Assembly: GCA_965208325.1 (NCBI GenBank)
Contig: OZ242326.1
Coordinates: 3,232,001-3,296,000, forward strand
Source of the DNA: Candidatus Poribacteria bacterium
GTDB taxonomy: Bacteria > Poribacteria > WGA-4E > PCPOR2b
Reading direction: 5' to 3'
DNA length: 64,000 bases
Shown: in pieces, positions 19,962 through 29,101 of the stretch
How positions within the stretch are numbered: position 1 is the stretch's first letter
How the letters are laid out: the number at the start of each line of letters is the position of its first letter
Program-made: the position numbers and the translations under genes
The notes under the pieces: model-generated
Told to the model about the DNA's origin: nothing
What the model saw: only the letters and a program-made list of their open reading frames with translations
Databases searched by the model: none

Positions 19962-20204
19962 CCTTGGTAAGCTTACTATGGCAGTGACCCCATTTGTTTG
20001 GACACGAAATTGCCGATGTTAAGAAGGTAATTTGAAGTTTTGGACTCACATACAACTGTGGGAGGGACATCCCTGTCCCGATAATCAGGGCTAGGAAGCC
20101 CTTCCCACAGGGGCTTCACAGCATGGTTACGTCAAGAATGAGAGGAGAAAACCTGTAAACTATCCGACTTTGCGGACTTGTGGGTAATAGTAAACCTTGG
20201 TAAG
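19962..20204. mobile_element. Nested MITE-like insertion with 10-bp target duplication, containing an IS3 end
   Basis: CCTTGGTAAG at 19962 and 20195; ends TTACTAT/ATAGTAA; 19980-20059 is an inverted copy of the IS3 right end at about 47785-47864. Confidence 0.7.
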
Positions 20205-20252
20205 GGGGAGAATATACTTATTTCAATTCCCAAAACTCAAGATGCGCAGTGT

Positions 20253-21104
20253 TTACTCTTTTTTCACGCCGGTTTTTGCGCCTTTTGAGCGGAGATGGTC
20301 AATCATGCCCTGGCGATTGAGTTCGATTGCAAGATCGAGGGGCGTCCAGCCTGTATCGGTTTCGGCGTTGATATCGGCGCCCGCGTCGAGCATGAGGTCG
20401 GCTTGTTCGGTAAGACCCGACCACTCAGCGAGGGTGTGCATGGGGCGCCAATTTCCCCATACTTCGCCTTGAGCGTTGACATCGGCGCCGTTTTGTATGA
20501 GCAGTTCGGTAATCCGTACAAAACTGTCTTTCGATCCTCGCCGTGTGCGTCCAACCCAATGGAGCGGCGTGAAGCCGTCAACATCGGTGGTTGCGGCACA
20601 GGTCGGATTGCTTTGGAGCAGGTCTTGCGCGACGCCCAGCATTCCGAAATGCGACGCCGTAAGAATGTCAATTTCTGCGCCTTTGGCGAGCAGATAATCC
20701 ATAACGGTTTCAGCTTCTTCACACGCACCGTAGATGAGAGCTGCGCACTGCAGCGGCGTGTAACCGCGATGATCTTGGGACTGGACGAGATTTGGGTTCT
20801 CTTTGAGCATGCGGCGCACCGCGTCCAGCATACCGGCGCGAGCGGCGGTAAAGATGTCCAATTCTGCACCATTTTCAGCTAAATACTGTACGATTTTTCG
20901 ATGCTGCGGCCGATGCCAAACGACTTGGGCTGCGGCAATCTGAATCAGGCTGCCGCCACCGTCTTGTCTCTGTGCGACCGCAAGTCGGCGGTCTCCTTCA
21001 ACAAGGATTTTTACCGTCGAGAGGCCGCCCTTTTTGACAGCGTTAATCGCCTCATTTACACGGGTTTCAAAGTCAATGCCACTGCCTGCCATAAAAATAA
21101 TCAC
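20253..21104 (-). CDS. Ankyrin repeat protein
   Basis: GYTPLQCA, GFTPLHW, GADVNA, GWTPLDLA repeats. Confidence 0.93.
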   Translation of the reverse strand: MIIFMAGSGIDFETRVNEAINAVKKGGLSTVKILVEGDRRLAVAQRQDGGGSLIQIAAAQVVWHRPQHRKIVQYLAENGAELDIFTAARAGMLDAVRRMLKENPNLVQSQDHRGYTPLQCAALIYGACEEAETVMDYLLAKGAEIDILTASHFGMLGVAQDLLQSNPTCAATTDVDGFTPLHWVGRTRRGSKDSFVRITELLIQNGADVNAQGEVWGNWRPMHTLAEWSGLTEQADLMLDAGADINAETDTGWTPLDLAIELNRQGMIDHLRSKGAKTGVKKE

Positions 21105-21222
21105 CTATGAACATCTGTGTCCTCTGCAGTGCGAACAGTCTGCTCACCTGCGCCATGCAACCGCCTAACTCGTAGCCGTCTAAACAAAAGGAATCAACCG
21201 GGGATGGGTGTAGACACCCCGA

Positions 21223-21894
21223 CTACTCGGTTTTCTCCGCGATGAGCCGAATGACTGCCGCCGTTCCGTTGTGCATCCCTTCATTCAGTTCTACGACTGT
21301 GTCCTCATAGTACAAGATTCGCAGCGACTTAAAGTGATGCAAAAGTTCGTTGGGTTTCACAAGATAGTCGGGATTCCTGGGTCCAAAGCCGCTAGATTCC
21401 CTGTAGTTGAGGTGGTCGACCGAGAATTGCTCAAGGATAAACATGCCGCCCGGCTTCAGCGCTTCAATGACTTGAGGGAAAATTGACGTGTCGTAGTAGT
21501 AAAAATTTGTGACCAGATCGTATTGCGCTATGCCCATGTCATAGCCGGTCAAATCCGCAACGACGGCATGTACCTCTGTGTTTCTTTCCTTCGCCAGTTT
21601 GTTACATTTTTTTATGGCGACCTCAGAGATGTCAACACCGGTGACATCAAAGCCGTTTTGGGCGAGATAGACCGCGTTACGCCCCTCCCCCATCGCCAGC
21701 ACGAGCGCTTTACCGACCTTGAGTCCTCCAATCTTCTTTTTGAGGAAAGCGGCGGGTTCTACCCCGTATATATACATCTCGTGGTCGTACCGCTCATTCC
21801 ACCGCGCTTTCGTTGACTCGGATTTGCTGCCTAGCAGCGGGACTTGGCTAAATAGAAATAGTCCAATAGCTGTGGGTATGATTAGATGTCTCAT
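21223..21894 (-). CDS. Class I SAM-dependent methyltransferase (TehB-like)
   Basis: LAMGEGRNAVYLA, GVDISE, LKPGG motifs; hydrophobic N-terminus. Confidence 0.88.
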   Translation of the reverse strand: MRHLIIPTAIGLFLFSQVPLLGSKSESTKARWNERYDHEMYIYGVEPAAFLKKKIGGLKVGKALVLAMGEGRNAVYLAQNGFDVTGVDISEVAIKKCNKLAKERNTEVHAVVADLTGYDMGIAQYDLVTNFYYYDTSIFPQVIEALKPGGMFILEQFSVDHLNYRESSGFGPRNPDYLVKPNELLHHFKSLRILYYEDTVVELNEGMHNGTAAVIRLIAEKTE

Positions 21895-22270
21895 ATTTCT
21901 CCTTTTGGTTGTATTTTTACGCGATCTCCAAGATTAGGTTCTGGCCGTAAGTTGTACGTTCCGGAATAAATTAGAAAGTCCGATTCGATAGGTTCATTAA
22001 ATGGAGGACAATGGAAGTAGGTTAGGGATTTCATTTCTGCTGCTCACTGACTATATTGAAAGCAAATTCGAAATTAGATTCGGGCGTAGATTAGCGTCTC
22101 GGTTTGGACATGATAATCGCATTATAGATGTTTAGCTATTATAAAATCCTTCTTAGCACGCTGTCCAGTTTTTTGGGTCGGGTCAGATACCAAAACATAA
22201 ATTCAGTATCTTTCGCTTGAACGCGGGTTCATTATATGGCATGATGGAGATGGGAACCATGGAGAAGTCA

Positions 22271-22975
22271 ATGGATCGGGCGGTTATATTCGATCTCTAT
22301 GAGACGCTAATCACTGAAAATCACCCGGAATGGCATGCGGAGGCGCGAACGGCGGGCGAGCGGCTCGGTTTATCTCAAGAGGATTTTGAACGTGAGTGGT
22401 TTGCGCGGTACCAAGCGCGAATGACCGGGAAGTTTCGGCGCTACAGCGATGTGTTGAGGGAAATATGTTGCGCTTGCGAAATTGCTCCGCCTGAAGAAGA
22501 AATCTCCACGATGCAAGCGGAGAAATTGGCTGCGAAGGCTCGGCCGTTTGAACGTCTGGATCCGCTGGTTGTTGAAACGCTGTATAAGTTAAAAGCGTCA
22601 GGATATCGTATTGGGCTCATCTCAAATTGTGCATTTGATGAAATGGCGGCATGGGATTCCAGCGAACTTGCGGTTCAGGTTGACGTGACAATGTTTTCGT
22701 GTGTAGAAGGGTTAACTAAACCGAATCCTGCAATTTACGAACTGGCATGTGAGAGGTTGGGCGTCGACAATAGTGCTGCGGTTTATGTGGGTGACGGCGG
22801 GAGCGATGAGTTGCGCGGTGCGGATACGGCAGGACTGACGGCAATTTGGGCGACGTGGTACATTGAGAAATGGCCGTGGGACTGGGTGGGATATGTATCC
22901 AAAACATCAGATGCCTTTCCTCAATGCCGGCGAATTTGCGATTTGCCTGCCCTTGTAGATGACATGTACACTTAA
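22271..22975 (+). CDS. HAD family hydrolase
   Basis: IFDLYETL, LISN, KPNPAIY, YVGDGGSDE; GGAG RBS before ATG 22271. Confidence 0.9.
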   Translation: MDRAVIFDLYETLITENHPEWHAEARTAGERLGLSQEDFEREWFARYQARMTGKFRRYSDVLREICCACEIAPPEEEISTMQAEKLAAKARPFERLDPLVVETLYKLKASGYRIGLISNCAFDEMAAWDSSELAVQVDVTMFSCVEGLTKPNPAIYELACERLGVDNSAAVYVGDGGSDELRGADTAGLTAIWATWYIEKWPWDWVGYVSKTSDAFPQCRRICDLPALVDDMYT

Positions 22976-23181
22976 AGGATTCGAGCACCGGGGCTGTATT
23001 CGCTACAACCGCTGAAGGTGTCCAGTAGGGCGATTCGCTTCTATCTAAGATCGATTGCAATCGTATTCGGCACGATTATTGCGTAGATTTGCAAAGTAGT
23101 TCGCCGTATGTGTTATCATCGGCGTTGAATATAAACTAGAGTGACAAAATCCCTTGGTTAAAATGTCCGAGTGGAAGCACT

Positions 23182-24840
23182 ATGCGCCTAAATCGACACA
23201 GCCTCTTTTTTCCCGCGGTGACGCTGACCGTATTGACAATTACGCTCACCGTGATTCTAGCCATCTCCACATACCGTAACCTGCATCGTGAGCGAAGCCA
23301 GATGGAGGAATCAATCACGCGGGAGGGAGCCGCACTGCTGCGCCTGTTTGAAACAGTGCTTCGCAGCCGGGATTATGGAGGCAGGGAAAGAGTTGCCGAA
23401 GTCCAACAGTTGGTATCTGCCGCGGCGCCGAACGAGAATATTGCCTACATTTATATGTTTAATCAACAGGGAAAGATTCTGGCGCACAGCAATCCCGAAA
23501 TGGTTGGGACACTCATTGGCGGCGACATTCCAAAGGGTTCCAAGACTCCGTTGCTGCGGGAAGATGATTCCGCGGAACATCTCTTTGAGGTTCGAAGTGG
23601 CTTTCACGCCGTTCCATCTGAACAGTCTCCCACCCACTATCTCGGAATCGGCCTTGAGATGGGTACGCTTGAGCGGGCGCATCATGAAGACCGTTTGCAC
23701 ACTATGATGATGGCTGCCATGCTCATCCTATTAGGTTCAGGTTCGCTGTTCTTTATTCTTGTGGTGCAGAATTTCCACCTTGTCCAACGCACGCTCAATC
23801 AGATGAAAAGTTATATTCACTACGTTGTGGAGAGCATGGCAAACGGCTTGATTTCGCTCGATGCTAACGGCGCAGTGACCACAATCAACCGAGCGGCACA
23901 AGAACTTGTCGGTGTCTCAGAAACGGAATCGAAATCGCTTGAGATTGATAGACTTTTACCCCCGCACGCAACTGAGATTCAGGAGGTGCTTGAACATAAT
24001 CACACTATCCTCAACAAAGAGATTGTATTGAAACACCCTGGCGGACTCGCCATTCCTGTGAACCTGAGCGCAACTCAGGTGAAAGATGAGCGTGGAGCCA
24101 AGCTGGGCGTCGTGGTGCTGCTGCATGATATGCGTGAGATGGTGGAGTTACAGGAGCGAGCCAAACGCGCCGAGCATCTGGCGTCCATAGGTAGAATGGC
24201 GGCGACGGTTGCGCATGAGGTTCGGAATCCGCTCTCCTCGATTCGAGGGTTTGCCCAATTTTTCGCGAATCTCTTTCAGGAAAAAACGGAGGAACGCACC
24301 TACGCGTTGGCAATGATGAAAGAGTCGAACCGCTTGAACCGTGTGGTTTCGGAACTTTTGGATTACGCGCGTCCGCTGGAATTGAAGGTAGAACCGACCT
24401 CAATCGAGGCACTATTTCACGACGTGGTCCGGCGGCTTGAGCTGGAAAAGTCAGACTCCCTCGTTGAGGTTATTCAGGAAATACAACCCGATATGCCCCA
24501 TGTGCTGCTCGATCCTGACCGGATGCTTCAGGTGTTGCTCAATCTCATGCAAAATAGCATTGACGCGATGCCCAACGGCGGCAAGCTAATTCTTTCCGCC
24601 ATGTTGGACGCAGAACGAAAGTGCGTCCAGATTGTAATACGGGACACGGGAGATGGAATTTCCCAAGCCGATATGCCGAGGCTGTTTGAGCCTTTCTTCA
24701 CAACGAAAGCACGCGGAGCCGGACTTGGGCTTGCCGTCGTGCGAAAAATCGTGGATGCGCAGGATGGCGAGGTGGAAGTGAGAAGCGAAGCTGGCGTTGG
24801 CACGGAGGTAATTTTGACCCTGCCGCAAATGGAGACATAG
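23182..24840 (+). CDS. PAS-domain sensor histidine kinase (ZraS/HydH-like)
   Basis: 2 TM, PAS, H-box AHEVRNPL, N-box, FEPFFTTK, GAGLGL. Confidence 0.93.
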   Translation: MRLNRHSLFFPAVTLTVLTITLTVILAISTYRNLHRERSQMEESITREGAALLRLFETVLRSRDYGGRERVAEVQQLVSAAAPNENIAYIYMFNQQGKILAHSNPEMVGTLIGGDIPKGSKTPLLREDDSAEHLFEVRSGFHAVPSEQSPTHYLGIGLEMGTLERAHHEDRLHTMMMAAMLILLGSGSLFFILVVQNFHLVQRTLNQMKSYIHYVVESMANGLISLDANGAVTTINRAAQELVGVSETESKSLEIDRLLPPHATEIQEVLEHNHTILNKEIVLKHPGGLAIPVNLSATQVKDERGAKLGVVVLLHDMREMVELQERAKRAEHLASIGRMAATVAHEVRNPLSSIRGFAQFFANLFQEKTEERTYALAMMKESNRLNRVVSELLDYARPLELKVEPTSIEALFHDVVRRLELEKSDSLVEVIQEIQPDMPHVLLDPDRMLQVLLNLMQNSIDAMPNGGKLILSAMLDAERKCVQIVIRDTGDGISQADMPRLFEPFFTTKARGAGLGLAVVRKIVDAQDGEVEVRSEAGVGTEVILTLPQMET

Positions 24841-24856
24841 AAAGGGGTACTTTAGC

Positions 24857-26212
24857 GTGCGGTTAAAGATTCTTATCGTAGACGACGAGCCGTCTCATCG
24901 ACTGATGCTATTTGCCCATCTCAAATCGGATTACGATGTCACCGAGGCATCTGACGGTTTTCAGGCGGTGGAAGCCGTAAAACTGCAGTTCTACGATTTG
25001 GTGATTATGGACATTCGCATGCCGGGCATGGATGGTTTGGCGGCGCTTAGGCAGATTAAAGCGATTAGCCCGGGAATTGTTGTGTTTATCATGACCGCGT
25101 TCCAGTCTGTGGAAACCGCACGGGAAGCGCTGCGACAGGGTGCGAGCGACTACATCGTCAAACCGGTTGATGCGGAAGAGCTATTAGGCAATATCGAGCG
25201 CGAGTTTTCTTACCGCGACCTGCAACGCGAGAATACTCTGCTGAAAGAGCGACTTGATGAGCAGTTCACCGATTCCAACATTATTGCCCGAAGTGCTATT
25301 ATGCGGGAAGTGCTGCAGAGCGTTGGGTTAATTGCGCCCTCGGATGCGACGGTGCTCATTCTCGGCGAGAGCGGCACCGGCAAAGAGCTAATTGCCAATC
25401 TAATCCATGCGCGAAGTCCACGCGCAAAAAAACCGTTCATCAAGATCAACTGCGCTGCGCTCACGGAGACACTGTTGGAAAGCGAGCTATTTGGTCATGA
25501 GAAAGGGGCTTTCACCGGCGCAACGGGACGCAAGCTGGGACGTTTTGAATTAGCAGATGGCGGTTCGCTCTTTCTCGACGAGGTGGGGGAGATGAGTCCA
25601 ACCACCCAAGTCAAGCTGTTACGCGTCCTTCAAGAGCAGCAATTTGAGCGGGTTGGCGGTACGGAGCCGATAACCGTCGATATCCGAATCATCACGGCGA
25701 CGAATAAGAACCTCTTGGCGGAGGTCGAGGCGAATCGGTTCCGTGAAGACCTGTATTATCGACTCAACGTTGTGCCGGTTCAGCTTCCGTCGTTAAGAGA
25801 GCGGCGCGAAGACATCCCGCCGTTAGCTGCGTATTTTCTCGATATCTATACAGAGAAAAACCGGCGCGGCATCATGAAAATCCTGCCCGACGCGCTTGAT
25901 GTGATGATGCGCTACGATTGGCCCGGAAATGTCCGCGAACTCGAGAACACAATCGAACGCGGCGTTATCATCGCACGTTCGGAATGCCTAACCACGGAGG
26001 AGCTGCCGCCGAATATCCGTAAAATCGCCGAATCGGAAACCGGTTACGATTCCGATGTGACGGTTGGCGGTACGATAAAAGACATGGAGAAGGAATTCAT
26101 TGCTCGAACACTGGTTTCTGTCGCTGGAAATCGTACCCATGCCGCTAAAATCCTAGGTATCACGCGCAAAACTTTACAGAACAAGATGCGGGAATACCAT
26201 CTCGATCTCTGA
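24857..26212 (+). CDS. Sigma-54-dependent response regulator (ZraR/NtrC family)
   Basis: REC domain, GESGTGKE, GAFTGA, FLDEV, Fis-type HTH. Confidence 0.95.
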   Translation: MRLKILIVDDEPSHRLMLFAHLKSDYDVTEASDGFQAVEAVKLQFYDLVIMDIRMPGMDGLAALRQIKAISPGIVVFIMTAFQSVETAREALRQGASDYIVKPVDAEELLGNIEREFSYRDLQRENTLLKERLDEQFTDSNIIARSAIMREVLQSVGLIAPSDATVLILGESGTGKELIANLIHARSPRAKKPFIKINCAALTETLLESELFGHEKGAFTGATGRKLGRFELADGGSLFLDEVGEMSPTTQVKLLRVLQEQQFERVGGTEPITVDIRIITATNKNLLAEVEANRFREDLYYRLNVVPVQLPSLRERREDIPPLAAYFLDIYTEKNRRGIMKILPDALDVMMRYDWPGNVRELENTIERGVIIARSECLTTEELPPNIRKIAESETGYDSDVTVGGTIKDMEKEFIARTLVSVAGNRTHAAKILGITRKTLQNKMREYHLDL

Positions 26213-26261
26213 TCTGAATCAATCAGGTTTATCAATCCTCATCTCCTCAATTTTCCCTCAC

Positions 26262-26312
26262 CTGTATAAAAAGTATCCAGTCCATCGTTCGCTTCTGTGT
26301 AAAAATTACACA
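26262..26312 (+). promoter_or_regulatory. Candidate paired upstream activator sites
   Basis: Perfect TGTGTAA-AAA-TTACACA and imperfect CTGTATAAAAAGTATCCAG, both A-tract-centred dyads. Confidence 0.55.
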
Positions 26313-26338
26313 CCGTTGATGCTCTCTCTCGAATTTAA

Positions 26339-26556
26339 TAGACATCTTTCCTAATTAACTCAATGTGGTTGACAAAACCGAAGCGTTAAGGGCAACCACA
26401 AGGGTTGCCCCTAAAGCGTATTATCCCAATTTGAGGGTAGTCGTTTTACACCTGCCGCCCCGCTGGGGCTAGATGTTGATGTGTAACAGTGATTTCTATA
26501 TACCTGCCGCCCCTCCGGGGCTATCCGGCGGTGGAATTATTTTGGAAAGATGTCTA
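26339..26556. mobile_element. MITE-like element carrying REP modules
   Basis: Terminal inverted repeat TAGACATCTTTCC / GGAAAGATGTCTA; partial second copy at 43575-43695. Confidence 0.75.
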
Positions 26557-26668
26557 ATGTGGTAATTGCCTGAGTTAGGCGGTATGGCGCGAGTGTGCGC
26601 TTTATGCAGTACCTTAAGCGAATCCCATTGGCTTGTTTCTTTGTTTTTTCATCCCAGTCAAGAGGGGT

Positions 26669-26683
26669 TGGCATTTAATTTGC
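26669..26683 (+). promoter_or_regulatory. Sigma-54 (-24/-12) promoter of the metal efflux operon
   Basis: TGGCATTTAATTTGC with exact GG-N10-GC spacing, about 95 bp before the YHS gene and next to a sigma-54 activator gene. Confidence 0.8.
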
Positions 26684-26778
26684 GTTAAGTATGTTCGTAT
26701 GAAAAAGTCAAAACAGGCATAAGGAGATCTACCAGATTTTCTTTGTCCCCAAATCTGAAACGAAAAAAGGAGAAAATC

Positions 26779-27417
26779 GTGAAAAGGACAGTCGTATTCG
26801 CAATCTCGATCCTCGGCCTCGTCGTTGGACTCTTGGTTTCTATTTCCACGATTCAGGCGGATAAGCGCTCACATGGGCATGATCATCATGCCGATATGCA
26901 CCACCACGGTGAGCATACCAAGAAGAGTGGCAAGGCACGCTGCGCGATTGTTGGTATGATGATGAAAGCGTCCGCCATGACGGAACTGAGTCTTGACGGA
27001 AAAACGTACTATTTCTGTAATGCGAAACAAGCGGAGATGTTCAAAGTCCATCCGGACAAATTCCTCAAACAGACTTCGCTGGGTCATGCCACGGTCAATC
27101 TCAATGTTTTGACAATTGATGAATACAAAGAGATAATGCAGGATTTGGGCATGGGCGGCATGATGAAGATGGACGCGATGAAGGGAAAAACGCACCGCAT
27201 GAGCGTCTACATAACGCAACAAAATAAAGATCATAGCCAACCACTTGAGGGTGCTTACCTCGCATTGAAAATTACCGAATCCAACGGTAAGAAAACAACC
27301 GTGCCGTTGTCTTACAACAAAATGATGAAAACTTATGACGCTTTTGCTGCCGTGCCAGCAGATGCAACCCTTCGAGTTCAAATGGTCATTACAACACCTG
27401 AAATCGACGTTTCGTAG
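26779..27417 (+). CDS. Exported His/Met-rich YHS-domain metal-binding protein
   Basis: AAGGAG RBS with GTG; signal peptide; HGHDHHADMHHHGEH; GKTYYFCN...FKVHPDKF YHS motif. Confidence 0.85.
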   Translation: MKRTVVFAISILGLVVGLLVSISTIQADKRSHGHDHHADMHHHGEHTKKSGKARCAIVGMMMKASAMTELSLDGKTYYFCNAKQAEMFKVHPDKFLKQTSLGHATVNLNVLTIDEYKEIMQDLGMGGMMKMDAMKGKTHRMSVYITQQNKDHSQPLEGAYLALKITESNGKKTTVPLSYNKMMKTYDAFAAVPADATLRVQMVITTPEIDVS

Positions 27418-27422
27418 TAGAC

Positions 27423-27663
27423 TAGGGCGTGTTGACATTTGTGTAAATCCCTCCGTAACCGTAGGGGATCAACCGAGTGAATAGCGAGGGCGAAAGTGTT
27501 TTTCAGGTTACCCCGCCCACAAATCAACCGCTGGCGGGGAACTCCTAACCATACAGATATGATTGAGAAAAGAGGGTTGGGTAACCCAACCCTTACGAAT
27601 CGTCTCGGGGCTGTGCACTGCCCCCATGATTGTTCAGTTGTGATTAAATGTCAACAGAACCTA
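27423..27663. mobile_element. MITE-like element with IS5-like ends
   Basis: TAGGGCGTGTTGACATTT / AAATGTCAACAGAACCTA (15/18); contains REP-type modules. Confidence 0.7.
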
Positions 27664-27760
27664 ATCAGATTCGCTGGGTCAAACCGGCATCGGGTTTGAA
27701 CCAGCGGCTCGGTTTAGTTACTTGAGAATTTCTGTGAAAGTTTCTTTTATAGGAGCCGTT

Positions 27761-29101
27761 ATGATAAAGCGGATTTCAATGACGTGGTTATCGCTCCTTA
27801 TGGTATGGGTGTTGCTCCAGGTCGAGTCCAGCGCTCAGGCGGAAGCGGCGGCATCGGCGACATCGGCGACAGAATCACTTCCTGAATCTGTCGAAGCGGC
27901 ATTGGCTGACGGCATTAATTTGCCGACATTAATTCGCCTCGCTGTCGAGCGCAACCCCAAGCTTAAAATCGCCCGAGCGAAGTGGCAGGCAACTATTGAG
28001 AAGTATCCGCAAGTGACAGCCCTACCGGATCCGATGCTGATGTACAGTTATTTCGCTCGGAGTGTGGAAACCCGTGTCGGACCACAGCGGCACCGCCTCG
28101 GTTTTTCACAGGCGTTGCCATACCCCGGCACACTTGACGCCGCGGGGCGAGTGACGGTGAAGGAGATAGAAATTCAGCGGGTAAAATATGAGCAGGTTGT
28201 GCGCGACGTGATTGTCGACTTGAAACTCAGCTATCACGAATTGACTTACCTTCAACGGGCGAGGCAGGTCACCCATCAGAATCAGCAATTGCTTTCTCAG
28301 ATATTAAACATTGCCACCACCCGCTACGCATCTAGCGAAGCAACGCTAAATGATGTCCTTAAGGCGCAAAGCCAGTTGGCGCAACTGTCTTACGATCTGA
28401 TTCTGTTACGGGAATTGGAGGAGGTCGAAAAGGCGAAAATCAATGCGCTCATTAGCGTCTCTTCGCAGACACCGTTGGGTCCGCCTGCACCCGCGGCATA
28501 CACTGCGCACGACATTCCAATCTCCGATTTGCAAACGAAGGTGTTGGCGGGGCAACAAGAATTACAAATCGCCGATTTGATGATACAGAAGGCTGATGAA
28601 GCCGTTGCGCTCGCCAAGCTGAAAACGAAGCCGCGTTTCAAACTCGATTTGATGACCGTCGAAACTGGCGAGGGGTTGATGCCGGATGCTATCGACAGCG
28701 GGAAAAATCCGATTTCCATCGGAGTCGGCATCTCGATTCCGTGGTCTTCTACAAAGAATCGCAGTCAAATACAAGAGACAGAGTTGAACCGCTCTGCCGC
28801 CATCGAAAACAAACGGTCGATGGAAGATTTGACGTTGGCGAACCTAAGGAAGCTTTATTTCCGCCTGGAGAACGCACGGCGGTTGGTTGACCTTTACGAA
28901 GATAGCCTCATTCCACAAGCCGAGGATGCAATAGAAGTTGCTGAAACATGGCATCAGGAAGGCACAAAAAGTATCGCGGGATTTCTTGAAACGCAGAGCG
29001 TTTGGCTGAACTTTAACCTGGCGCGGCTTCGCGCAATCACCGACTATCAGCAGAGCCTTGCACGGTTGGAACGGCTGATTGGAGGGAGTATATCGCCATG
29101 A
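27761..29101 (+). CDS. TolC family outer membrane efflux protein
   Basis: Signal peptide; LPDPML, SQALPYPG, LARLERLIG; heavy-metal OMF pattern. Confidence 0.9.
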   Translation: MIKRISMTWLSLLMVWVLLQVESSAQAEAAASATSATESLPESVEAALADGINLPTLIRLAVERNPKLKIARAKWQATIEKYPQVTALPDPMLMYSYFARSVETRVGPQRHRLGFSQALPYPGTLDAAGRVTVKEIEIQRVKYEQVVRDVIVDLKLSYHELTYLQRARQVTHQNQQLLSQILNIATTRYASSEATLNDVLKAQSQLAQLSYDLILLRELEEVEKAKINALISVSSQTPLGPPAPAAYTAHDIPISDLQTKVLAGQQELQIADLMIQKADEAVALAKLKTKPRFKLDLMTVETGEGLMPDAIDSGKNPISIGVGISIPWSSTKNRSQIQETELNRSAAIENKRSMEDLTLANLRKLYFRLENARRLVDLYEDSLIPQAEDAIEVAETWHQEGTKSIAGFLETQSVWLNFNLARLRAITDYQQSLARLERLIGGSISP

